DNA of 64,000 nucleotides from contig CAXMOZ010000146.1 in assembly GCA_964195315.1 (NCBI GenBank), positions 10,878 to 74,877 of the forward strand, read 5' to 3'. Position 1 is the stretch's first letter. The number at the start of each line of letters is the position of its first letter. The notes beneath the pieces were generated by a model that was not told where the DNA came from, made no database searches, and worked only from the letters and a program-made list of their open reading frames with translations. The DNA is from an uncultured Acidimicrobiia bacterium. Its GTDB lineage: Bacteria; Pseudomonadota; Gammaproteobacteria; GCA-001735895. Positions 39,833 through 47,828 of the stretch are shown in pieces. The position numbers and the translations under genes were made by a program.

Positions 39833-40866
39833 AATTTTCGTTATTTGCACATATGGAACGAGTCACGGCAGATGAAAGTCAAGAGCAGTTATACGAGGAA
39901 TTTATTCAACTCTGTGAAATAGCCGATCAGGGTGGCATGCACGCCATCTGGACAGGTGAACATCATGGTATGGATTTCACCATATCCCCAAACCCATTCA
40001 TTAATTTAGTCGATCTGGCACGCCGCACCAAAAATGTACGTCTCGGAACAGGCACCATCGTGGCCCCATTTTGGCACCCTATTAAACTGGCTGGCGAAGC
40101 AGCGATGGCAGATTTGATTATGAATGGTCGGCTTGATTTGGGCATCGCACGCGGTGCCTACTCATTTGAATATGAGCGGTTGAGCCCCGGGCTTGATGCC
40201 TGGCAAGCCGGGCAGAAAATGCGGGAACTGATACCTGCTGTACAGAAACTATGGGAAGGGGATTACACCCACGATGGTGAATTTTGGCAGTTTCCAAAAA
40301 CAACATCTTCACCCAAACCAAAGCAAAGTCCTCATCCCCCTATTTGGGTAGCGGCACGTGACCCTAGCAGTCACGAGTTTGCTGTGTCGAATGGTTGCAA
40401 TGTGCAGGTAACGCCACTATGGAATGATGATGGCGAAGTTGTGGATTTAATGGGTAAGTTTAATGATGCCTGCGAGCACAACGCCCATATGCCGCGCCCA
40501 AAAATCATGTTGCTGCGACATACCTATGTCGCAGACAGCGAACAAGATGCCCAGTTAGGTGCAGAGCAAATGAACCGGTTTTATAATTTTTTCGGCGCCT
40601 GGTTTATGAATAAAAAACCAATTTCACAAGGCTTGATAGAAGCCCCAACCGACGAAGAAATTGCAAACAACCCAATGTTTTCAGCCGCGAGTCACCGTAA
40701 AAGCAGTGTAATAGGGGAAGCACAAGAGGTCATAGGTAGGCTCAAGGCATATCAAGAGCTGGGTTACGACGAATTCGCTTTCTGGATTGATTCTGGCATG
40801 ACCTTCGAACGAAAAAAAGCCTCACTCGAACGGTTTATTAAAGATGTAATGCCTGCTTTTAATTAA
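39829..40866 (+). CDS. LLM-class (bacterial luciferase-like, LuxA-like) flavin-dependent monooxygenase
   Basis: MKFSLF…WTGEHHGMDFTISPNPF…LGTGTIVAPFWHPIKLAGEAAMADLIMNGRLDLGIARG follows the LuxA/LLM pattern. 345 aa. Confidence 0.8.
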   Translation: MKFSLFAHMERVTADESQEQLYEEFIQLCEIADQGGMHAIWTGEHHGMDFTISPNPFINLVDLARRTKNVRLGTGTIVAPFWHPIKLAGEAAMADLIMNGRLDLGIARGAYSFEYERLSPGLDAWQAGQKMRELIPAVQKLWEGDYTHDGEFWQFPKTTSSPKPKQSPHPPIWVAARDPSSHEFAVSNGCNVQVTPLWNDDGEVVDLMGKFNDACEHNAHMPRPKIMLLRHTYVADSEQDAQLGAEQMNRFYNFFGAWFMNKKPISQGLIEAPTDEEIANNPMFSAASHRKSSVIGEAQEVIGRLKAYQELGYDEFAFWIDSGMTFERKKASLERFIKDVMPAFN

Positions 40867-40915
40867 TGATGAGATTGTTAGTTAAAAAGTCAGATAAAAT
40901 AAGGTAGTTCAAAAA

Positions 40916-42382
40916 ATGCAAAAATTCCAACAATATATTGACGGCCAATTTAGTGATGGCTCAGCACAGTTTCCCAGCGTGGACCCTGCAACAGGACAAG
41001 CATGGGCCTTAATGCCAGAAGCAAAAGTAGATGATGTCAACGCTGCGGTAGAAGCCGCTGATCGAGCATTGTATTCGGCTGAGTGGGCCAACTTGACTGC
41101 AACATCACGAGGCAAGTTATTGTATAAGTTAGCTAGTCTGGTTGAGGAAAATGCAACCAGACTAGCTGAGCTAGAGACCCGGGATACCGGCAAAATTATT
41201 CGAGAGACCAGTGCCCAAATAGCTTATGTAGCCGAATACTATCGTTATTACGCTGGGTTGGCGGACAAAATTGAAGGCAAACACTTACCCATCGATAAAC
41301 CCGATATGGAAGTATGGTTACGCCGAGAACCGATAGGCGTTGTCGCAGCGATAGTACCCTGGAATTCACAGTTATTTCTTTCTGCAGTAAAGCTAGGTCC
41401 TGCACTGGCAGCGGGTTGTACCATAGTATTAAAAGCCTCCGAAGAAGGACCTGCGCCAATGCTAGAGTTTGCTCGACTCGTGCATGAAGCGGGTTTCCCT
41501 GCCGGTGTTGTGAATATCCTCACTGGCTTTGGCGCAGACTGTGGTTCGGTTTTAACATCGCATCAAAAAGTTGATCATGTCGCTTTCACTGGTGGCCCGG
41601 AAACCGCTCGCCATATCGTTCGGAACTCAGCACAAAATCTGGCGTCGACTTCATTAGAGCTAGGCGGAAAATCACCTTTTATCGTATTTGATGATGCTGA
41701 TATCGATAGTGCTGTTAATGCACAGGTATCTGCTATTTTTGCTGCCACGGGTCAAAGCTGTGTCGCGGGTTCTCGATTGATTATCAACCATAAAATCAAA
41801 GATGAGTTTCTGTCCAAACTAGTTGAAAAAGCCAAAGCAGTCATCATTGGCGACCCACAGGACATGGCAACAGAAATAGGGCCTCTATGCACTGTCAAAC
41901 AACGTGATCACGCATTGAGCATCATTGATGCCTCTATAAAAGAAGGTGCCAGGTTACTCACAGGTGGGGTTGCGATTGAAGGTGATGGCTTTTATTTCCC
42001 CCCCACTATTATTGATTGCAGCGATGTGCCCAACGCCGCCTGTGTTAAAACAGAGTTTTTTGGCCCAGTACTATCAGTGGTTAGTTTTGATAGCGAAGAA
42101 GAGGCATTACAACTGTCCAACGATACAGTCTATGGTTTGGCGTCCGGCGTCTTTACTCAAAACCTAACACGAGCACACCGCATGATTCGTGGCATTCGCG
42201 CTGGTATCGTATGGGTCAACACCTATCGAGTAGTTAGTCCCATTGCACCATTTGGCGGTCAAGGTATGTCAGGCCATGGACGCGAAGGCGGACTGGACGC
42301 GGCACTGGATTACACCAAAATAAAGTCAGTTTGGTTACGCACATCGGATGATGCCATTCCTGATCCGTTTGTGATGCGCTGA
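40916..42382 (+). CDS. NAD(P)-dependent aldehyde dehydrogenase
   Basis: ELGGKSP (catalytic Glu) and GQSCVAGSR (catalytic Cys). 488 aa. Confidence 0.9.
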   Translation: MQKFQQYIDGQFSDGSAQFPSVDPATGQAWALMPEAKVDDVNAAVEAADRALYSAEWANLTATSRGKLLYKLASLVEENATRLAELETRDTGKIIRETSAQIAYVAEYYRYYAGLADKIEGKHLPIDKPDMEVWLRREPIGVVAAIVPWNSQLFLSAVKLGPALAAGCTIVLKASEEGPAPMLEFARLVHEAGFPAGVVNILTGFGADCGSVLTSHQKVDHVAFTGGPETARHIVRNSAQNLASTSLELGGKSPFIVFDDADIDSAVNAQVSAIFAATGQSCVAGSRLIINHKIKDEFLSKLVEKAKAVIIGDPQDMATEIGPLCTVKQRDHALSIIDASIKEGARLLTGGVAIEGDGFYFPPTIIDCSDVPNAACVKTEFFGPVLSVVSFDSEEEALQLSNDTVYGLASGVFTQNLTRAHRMIRGIRAGIVWVNTYRVVSPIAPFGGQGMSGHGREGGLDAALDYTKIKSVWLRTSDDAIPDPFVMR

Positions 42383-42599
42383 GTAGAACTTAGCCCATAT
42401 GGAGAAATGAATAATGGGGGCATGCCTTGCTTAATCAGCTAATAAATTGCTGACAGGATTTTGCATACCTTGAGTGCCGCATTTTAATACATGAGTAAAT
42501 TGAGGTGCTCTCTACAGTCTACTAGCAGAGTTGAAACTGAATGGTTATGTATTGGCAGGGTATGAAAATTAGGGCATAAAAGTATTTCAGAGAATAGCT

Positions 42600-42926
42600 A
42601 TGAAACGTGATGAGACAATTGAACAACCTGAGCAGGAATTAAGCCATTATTCGGCCGAAGACGAATTGCCACTTCAATCTACTGAGAAAGAAGCGCTATT
42701 AATTCAAAGTGAAATTGTAATTCCAGGCTCACTAGACCCAGTGGATTTAACAGCAGAGAGGAATAACGTTAAGAATTTAGCTGGGGAAAATACGAGCAAA
42801 CAAGCACCTGAATATGCTGGCGAGCAAGAAAAAAGTAAACCTATCAATAGAAAGTATGATCTTGCCGTTATGTGGCTATTAGTATTATTGCTTTCAGCCT
42901 ATTTTATATATAAATTTCTAGTTTAG
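42600..42926 (+). CDS. Hypothetical acidic protein with a C-terminal TM anchor
   Basis: 108 aa. The body is Glu/Gln-rich and the tail is hydrophobic (LAVMWLLVLLLSAYFIYKFLV). Confidence 0.4.
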   Translation: MKRDETIEQPEQELSHYSAEDELPLQSTEKEALLIQSEIVIPGSLDPVDLTAERNNVKNLAGENTSKQAPEYAGEQEKSKPINRKYDLAVMWLLVLLLSAYFIYKFLV

Positions 42927-43054
42927 GTTTTCACCCAGCGCCCTATGGCATGCTGCAGATGTGAGAGTTGTCTGCCAATGGGGTAACATTAATGGGCAGT
43001 AGAAGTAATGTCTGACTAGTTTAATCAATAGATCTAATAATTTAAGGTGAAATT

Positions 43055-43468
43055 ATGGTAACGAAAAAGGCGATTGAGACCTTTCTGCAGAACGAGTTTC
43101 CCCAGGTTAGTTTCATTATTGAGTGCGTTGGTGAAAAATCGGCAACGATTAGGAAGGAAATAAATCATGATCATCTAAGGCCTGGTGGAACAGTCTCAGG
43201 GCCAGTGTTAATGGAACTAGCCGATGTTGCTTTATATGTCGCCATTTTGAGTGAAATTGGTCTGGTTCCACTTGCAGTGACTACCAGTTTAAATATTAAC
43301 TTTTTGCGCAAGCCGTCTGCGCAAAAAGATTTAGTCGCTAAATGTCACTTGATTAAAGTCGGAAAGTTATTGGCCATTGGAGAAGTATCGATTTACTCCG
43401 AAGGCTCTGTTGAGGTGGTCGCACATGCTGTAGGAACCTATGCGATACCGCCTGCCAGTAAGATCTAA
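43055..43468 (+). CDS. PaaI-family hotdog thioesterase
   Basis: 137 aa with an LRPGGTVSGPVLMELADVA-type hotdog core. Confidence 0.65.
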   Translation: MVTKKAIETFLQNEFPQVSFIIECVGEKSATIRKEINHDHLRPGGTVSGPVLMELADVALYVAILSEIGLVPLAVTTSLNINFLRKPSAQKDLVAKCHLIKVGKLLAIGEVSIYSEGSVEVVAHAVGTYAIPPASKI

Positions 43469-43556
43469 TAATCACCACCAAAAATTATTTGACAGCCAGC
43501 TAAGCCACTCTTCATGAAGGAAGGGCACAAGGGAAACCAGCCGCATTATCATTAAA

Positions 43557-44159
43557 CTACTCATCGTAAGGCTCAATCGAGTCAACACTCATGGTGTAGG
43601 CCGAATGCACTTCCAGGCTATTCGCAACACCTGACTCATTAAGCAGGCTGTTTGAACGACTTGTTTGCAGTGTACCGGTAATCCAGACAGGTTGATAAAT
43701 GTCGCTGAACTCAGTTTCTGCTTTTAATTGACCAAAGATTATTTGATTGGCAGGTGGCGGCGGAGTATGGGTACAGGCACCAAAGTAGGGCACCAGTAAA
43801 AACTCTCTCAGTAATGTGTTGCTAAATTCTAGGGGCAATACGAAACCAGGAATCTTTACCCGTTTACCATCCAGTTCATCATTGACGGGCGCGGCATCGA
43901 ACTTTGCCTGGACTTCTTCCTCCAGGCGCAGCAGTTCATCGTCAGAAAGCGCGTTGTACTGCTGATCTGTCATGTCTTCAAAAACCTTGGTCGGGTTCCA
44001 GTCGGGCGGCGCCAAACTCCCCCACTGTATTTTTTCTGGATCAGTTAGATTCGAATCAGCCGCAAACGCACTGTTAAAACTCAGGCAGGATAATAGGAAA
44101 ATAATAAGTTGGCACTTTAAAGACCACTGAATGTTTTGCACTTTTTTATCCTGTTTCAT
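43557..44159 (-). CDS. DUF3299-family exported protein, fourth gene of the putative Zn-uptake cluster (ZrgD-like?)
   Basis: It has a signal peptide and overlaps the permease stop. DUF3299 characteristically accompanies FtsX-type ABC systems. Confidence 0.55.
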   Translation of the reverse strand: MKQDKKVQNIQWSLKCQLIIFLLSCLSFNSAFAADSNLTDPEKIQWGSLAPPDWNPTKVFEDMTDQQYNALSDDELLRLEEEVQAKFDAAPVNDELDGKRVKIPGFVLPLEFSNTLLREFLLVPYFGACTHTPPPPANQIIFGQLKAETEFSDIYQPVWITGTLQTSRSNSLLNESGVANSLEVHSAYTMSVDSIEPYDE

Positions 44160-45406
44160 AGTCGGGTAGACATACCGTCAGCCAGTGAGTTCTGATAAGC
44201 CCGATACGCTGGGACCAGGCCGACGATAAAACCAGTGACGAGTAAAATCGAGACCATCAATATCTCTCTCTCATTGGGTAGAGTGATGGGTATGAATAAG
44301 CCGTAATTCGCTTCTATGATTGGTTGGCTTAACCCGAGTGCGGAATATAGTAGAACTATTCCAAGCAATATGCCTGCTATCGTTAATAACAGGGTCTCGG
44401 TGATCAGTAAGCCCATAATATGCCAATGGCTAGCCCCAACAGAGCGTAAAATGGCGACTTCACGCCTGCGTTCATTTAGCCCCGCAAGAGAGACTGCTAG
44501 CATTCCCGTGAGCGATGCCAATACAACAAATAGAGAAATAATCAATAGTGCCTTTTCTGCTACCGACATTAAGCTCCATAGTTCGAGCAGTGCAATACCG
44601 GGGAAAATGGCAAGCAGTGGTTCATCAGTGTATTCGTTAACATAGCGCTGAAGCCTGAATGATGTGACTTTGTTTTCGAGCCCTACTAGAAATGCTGTAA
44701 TAGACTTGGGTTGTAGGTTGGACTCTGATAAAGTTTTACCGAACTTTCTTTTGTTAACCGCGCTTTGCCAGTTGATGTGCATGGCTTCGATACCGGCGAG
44801 GCTGACATGAACTGTCCTGTCTACGGGTGTTCCTGTATGTTCTAAGATACCGCTAATGACGAATGGTTTATCTTTGTGTTCAGAAAAACTAGTGCTCACA
44901 GTACCGTGTGAAATGACTACCTCATCACCGATAGAATAGCTTAATGATCTTGCGACTTCTGAGCCGACGACGGTATCAAATACATCGTCGAAAGGTTTAC
45001 CTGAAGCGAGTTGAAGTTTTCGTTTTTGGCCATACTGGTAAAAAGCGAAATAATCTTTGCTAGTCCCCATAACACGAAAACCACGATGTGAATCGCCGAG
45101 TGATATAGGAATCGTCCATTTGACTCCTTTTTTTTGTGCGATAGCCTGGTAACTATCCCAGCTAATATTATTGGTGGCACTGCCTATTCTAAATACGGAA
45201 TAGAGCAATAGCTGAATTGACCCACTGCGCGCACCGACAATAAGGTCTGTTCCTGAAATAGTATTCGCAAAACTACTTTGAGCGTTAACTCGAATTTTCT
45301 CGACACCGAGCAAAAGAACGACACTCACAGCAATAGAGACAATAGTTAATATTGCAGTCGAGTGTCGTCTACATAAACTTTTCCAGGCGAGCATTCGAAG
45401 ATTCAT
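44156..45406 (-). CDS. ABC transporter permease, FtsX/MacB-like
   Basis: It has four TM helices with a large periplasmic loop and a C-terminal FtsX helical bundle. 416 aa. Confidence 0.8.
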   Translation of the reverse strand: MNLRMLAWKSLCRRHSTAILTIVSIAVSVVLLLGVEKIRVNAQSSFANTISGTDLIVGARSGSIQLLLYSVFRIGSATNNISWDSYQAIAQKKGVKWTIPISLGDSHRGFRVMGTSKDYFAFYQYGQKRKLQLASGKPFDDVFDTVVGSEVARSLSYSIGDEVVISHGTVSTSFSEHKDKPFVISGILEHTGTPVDRTVHVSLAGIEAMHINWQSAVNKRKFGKTLSESNLQPKSITAFLVGLENKVTSFRLQRYVNEYTDEPLLAIFPGIALLELWSLMSVAEKALLIISLFVVLASLTGMLAVSLAGLNERRREVAILRSVGASHWHIMGLLITETLLLTIAGILLGIVLLYSALGLSQPIIEANYGLFIPITLPNEREILMVSILLVTGFIVGLVPAYRAYQNSLADGMSTRL

Positions 45407-46128
45407 AAGTCTCCCGAGGCATGGGCACTTATTGATGACATTTCAACTACTCGATCAAACAGAGGCTTGTGGGTCGGATCGTGACTGACATATAGCAATG
45501 TAGAACCGCTGGTCTTAACCTCATCAAACAGCAGTGCCATGAACGCCTGTCGTGAATCATAATCAAGGGACGATGTAGGCTCATCAGCAATAATCAATTG
45601 AGGCTGACCAATCAGCGCCCGAGCGGCTGCCACGCGTTGTTGTTGGCCGACACTTAACTCACTAGTGCTGCGGTCAAAACCAATCGTTGCATCTGAATAC
45701 AAACGATTAAGTAAATAAATGGCTTCGTTAGCAACTGATCCGGAGCGCTCAATAGCATTCTGGCGCCTCACATCAGAAAATCGGCAGGGTAGGGTGACAT
45801 TCTCCAAAATAGATAAATAGGGAATTAGGTTGAACTGTTGGAAGATAAAACCAATGCTGTCTGCTCGAACTCTGTCGCGCTGTAACTCTTTAAGTTTTAG
45901 AAAGTCTTGCCCCACAACCTCAACCTGGCCCTTTTGTGGAGTGACAATACCGCCGATAATATTGAGCAACGTTGATTTGCCAGACCCTGATGCGCCTTGA
46001 ATGAATACATGCTCATGTCTGTCGATGCTTAGCTTACCAGATTGAATGCTGGGGCTTGCTTTGGCATGCCAGCTAAACTCGACATTCTGCAGTCGGATTA
46101 ACGGAGCCTTTAATTCTGATGAATTCAT
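45403..46128 (-). CDS. ABC transporter ATP-binding protein
   Basis: Walker A GASGSGKST, signature LSVGQQQR, Walker B LIIADEPTSSLD. Confidence 0.9.
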   Translation of the reverse strand: MNSSELKAPLIRLQNVEFSWHAKASPSIQSGKLSIDRHEHVFIQGASGSGKSTLLNIIGGIVTPQKGQVEVVGQDFLKLKELQRDRVRADSIGFIFQQFNLIPYLSILENVTLPCRFSDVRRQNAIERSGSVANEAIYLLNRLYSDATIGFDRSTSELSVGQQQRVAAARALIGQPQLIIADEPTSSLDYDSRQAFMALLFDEVKTSGSTLLYVSHDPTHKPLFDRVVEMSSISAHASGDL

Positions 46129-46694
46129 TCGTTGTTCAATTTAATGATCGAGTTATCTATCGTTAATGTTTGCTTAGTTTGACCCAAAGAATCAATGACC
46201 TGAACGTCTACTTTATTGATGGCAGGAAATAGTGCCATTAGTTGAACATCGATCGCAGTTAAACGATCGGCCTGTTCGCATTGCAAGTCGAATTCCGCCA
46301 AAAACTCTGCATGTTCAGCCTTAAGGGTTTCATCTTTATGTTCGTCATGATCTGAATGTTCGTCATGATCTGAGACCCAATTTGAAAAAGATCGAAGCAC
46401 CTTACATTCTGGTTTTCCACGCAATTTAAAAGCAGTATCAAAGCTAGAGAGCTTACTTTTAGCATCGGTAATTAAAGATCTCTGCTCTTCATCGTTAGGA
46501 GCGTACTCAAAACCTACGATATTAGCGGCCGGTGACTCGAAGCGAATAGCAATCACATTGTCATCTATTGCAATGTCGAGGCTTGCGCTACCATGCTCAT
46601 GTGAATCTAGCGTCTCACTCGCTAATGTTTGAAACGTGGTCAGGCTCATAAGCGAGCTGAGCAATACGATGGTAATAGGTTTAATAGTTTTCAT
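46125..46694 (-). CDS. His-rich periplasmic protein, candidate metal (Zn)-binding component (ZrgA-like?)
   Basis: The signal peptide is MKTIKPITIVLLSSLMSLTTFQTLA. There are His-rich acidic repeats SDHDEHSDHDEHKDE. The track ORF start at 46781 would run across the operator, so the shorter start is preferred. Confidence 0.6.
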   Translation of the reverse strand: MKTIKPITIVLLSSLMSLTTFQTLASETLDSHEHGSASLDIAIDDNVIAIRFESPAANIVGFEYAPNDEEQRSLITDAKSKLSSFDTAFKLRGKPECKVLRSFSNWVSDHDEHSDHDEHKDETLKAEHAEFLAEFDLQCEQADRLTAIDVQLMALFPAINKVDVQVIDSLGQTKQTLTIDNSIIKLNNE

Positions 46695-46709
46695 GATGTC
46701 CGCATAAAT

Positions 46710-46724
46710 TGTTATAACATAACA
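46710..46724. promoter_or_regulatory. Zur-box-like operator upstream of the His-rich protein/ABC operon
   Basis: TGTTATAACATAACA (minus strand TGTTATGTTATAACA) matches the gammaproteobacterial Zur consensus TGTTATAnTATAACA at 14/15 positions. It lies 15-30 nt upstream of the ATG. Confidence 0.55.
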
Positions 46725-46971
46725 TAACATTAATTTATAATCGAAAGTTTGTACAGCTAAATTTTTCTTACCTGAACGCAAACAGTTAACCGTCGATGTT
46801 TAAGTATTAATAATGCAACAATATTTCCAGTGAGGTGAATTCCAATTGCTTATTAAAGTGTGCGTTGTTATTAGCCTGGAACGATATAGTGTGGGAGTGA
46901 AAAATGAATTCGGATCAGTTATTTTGCACCTGTAACGTGAACAAAAGGTGCGATAGATGAAAGTTTCTTGA

Positions 46972-47333
46972 ACGGGCATAATCCTAAATACAGAAGAGTA
47001 TGATGAGTGTGTTTCTTTTTATGGTGATCTATTTGGCCTGAAGGTTCTCTTCAAAGAAAATGAAGGTGATTTCAAGCTGACCTGTTTTGAGTTTCAAGGA
47101 TCATATTTAATGGTTGAGACAGCAGGGGTTGCAAAACCCAAAGCAAAATTGATGGAAGAAAGTTGCACCAAGCTAAGATTTAACGTTTCAGATATTGAAG
47201 AAGCACTATCAACGATCACTTTATTTGCGTTGAAGCTGAAATCCTGAGAAGCGAGTGGGGTGCAACAATCAATATCCATGATCCTGATGGCAATAGAATT
47301 GGCATTAGAGATGAAGCAACCTTTAGAAGCTAA
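46972..47333 (+). pseudogene. Glyoxalase/VOC-family gene remnant. It is frameshifted and has no start codon.
   Basis: One frame gives …ILNTEEYDECVSFYGDLFGLKVLF…KLRFNVSDIEEALSTI. After a -1 shift near 47225 it continues …HFICVEAEILRSEWGATINIHDPDGNRIGIRDEATFRS*. Both halves match VOC motifs. Confidence 0.5.
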
Positions 47334-47828
47334 ATTAAAGGTTAATCATTAACTCTTTAAATAACACATATGAGTTTTCGTTGCGAACATGACGGTCCGC
47401 CACATACGTAGTGCAGCAATATGGATCAAGGGATGAAAAATAGAACTGGTTATCTATCTTACGGCAAAGCTATTTGAGTATTTTGATGCCGAGAGATATG
47501 AGCTGATTGGTTTAATCAGTGGTCATTCGATAAAGCATGTACTAGCGGCGGTGGTTTTATTGGTAATACATTAAACTGACCAAAACTTGCGTATTACACA
47601 GTCTCAGCTTTAAATGGTTTGGGGTCAATTAAGGACATTTTTAAGATAAAGTTTGACCTTTACCCTCGTAAATGGAATCGCTGGGTAACGATTGTTGGGG
47701 AATCAATATTAAGTCCTCTGTGGCTGTGCCCCTATGATCTGGTGAGTTTTTGAGCTTAGTGGGTAATGTCTAAAATCAAACCATCGTGGCATAATAGCTG
47801 ATTGAAATTTTTTGGCGTCATTAATTAG

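Noticed and set aside
39829-40866. Calling the LLM monooxygenase SsuD/MsuD (alkanesulfonate monooxygenase) to tie it directly to SoeABC
   Set aside because: The N-terminal pattern (MKF.LF…WTGEHH…NPF) and the 345-aa length look LuxA-like, not like the SsuD MFWFLP start. The assignment is left as an unknown-substrate LLM.
46695-46781. Longer start (MRSGKKNLAVQTFDYKLM…) for the His-rich periplasmic protein
   Set aside because: It would make the translation run across the Zur-box operator and precede the signal peptide. The ATG at 46694 gives a canonical signal peptide.
47400-47580. Short C-terminal-like fragment (…LTAKLFEYFDAERYELIGLISGHSIKHVLAAVVLLVIH*) of a membrane-protein gene
   Set aside because: It is only about 40 codons, with no start or upstream continuation. 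It is plausible as a relic but cannot be assigned. It is mentioned under the glyoxalase pseudogene finding instead.
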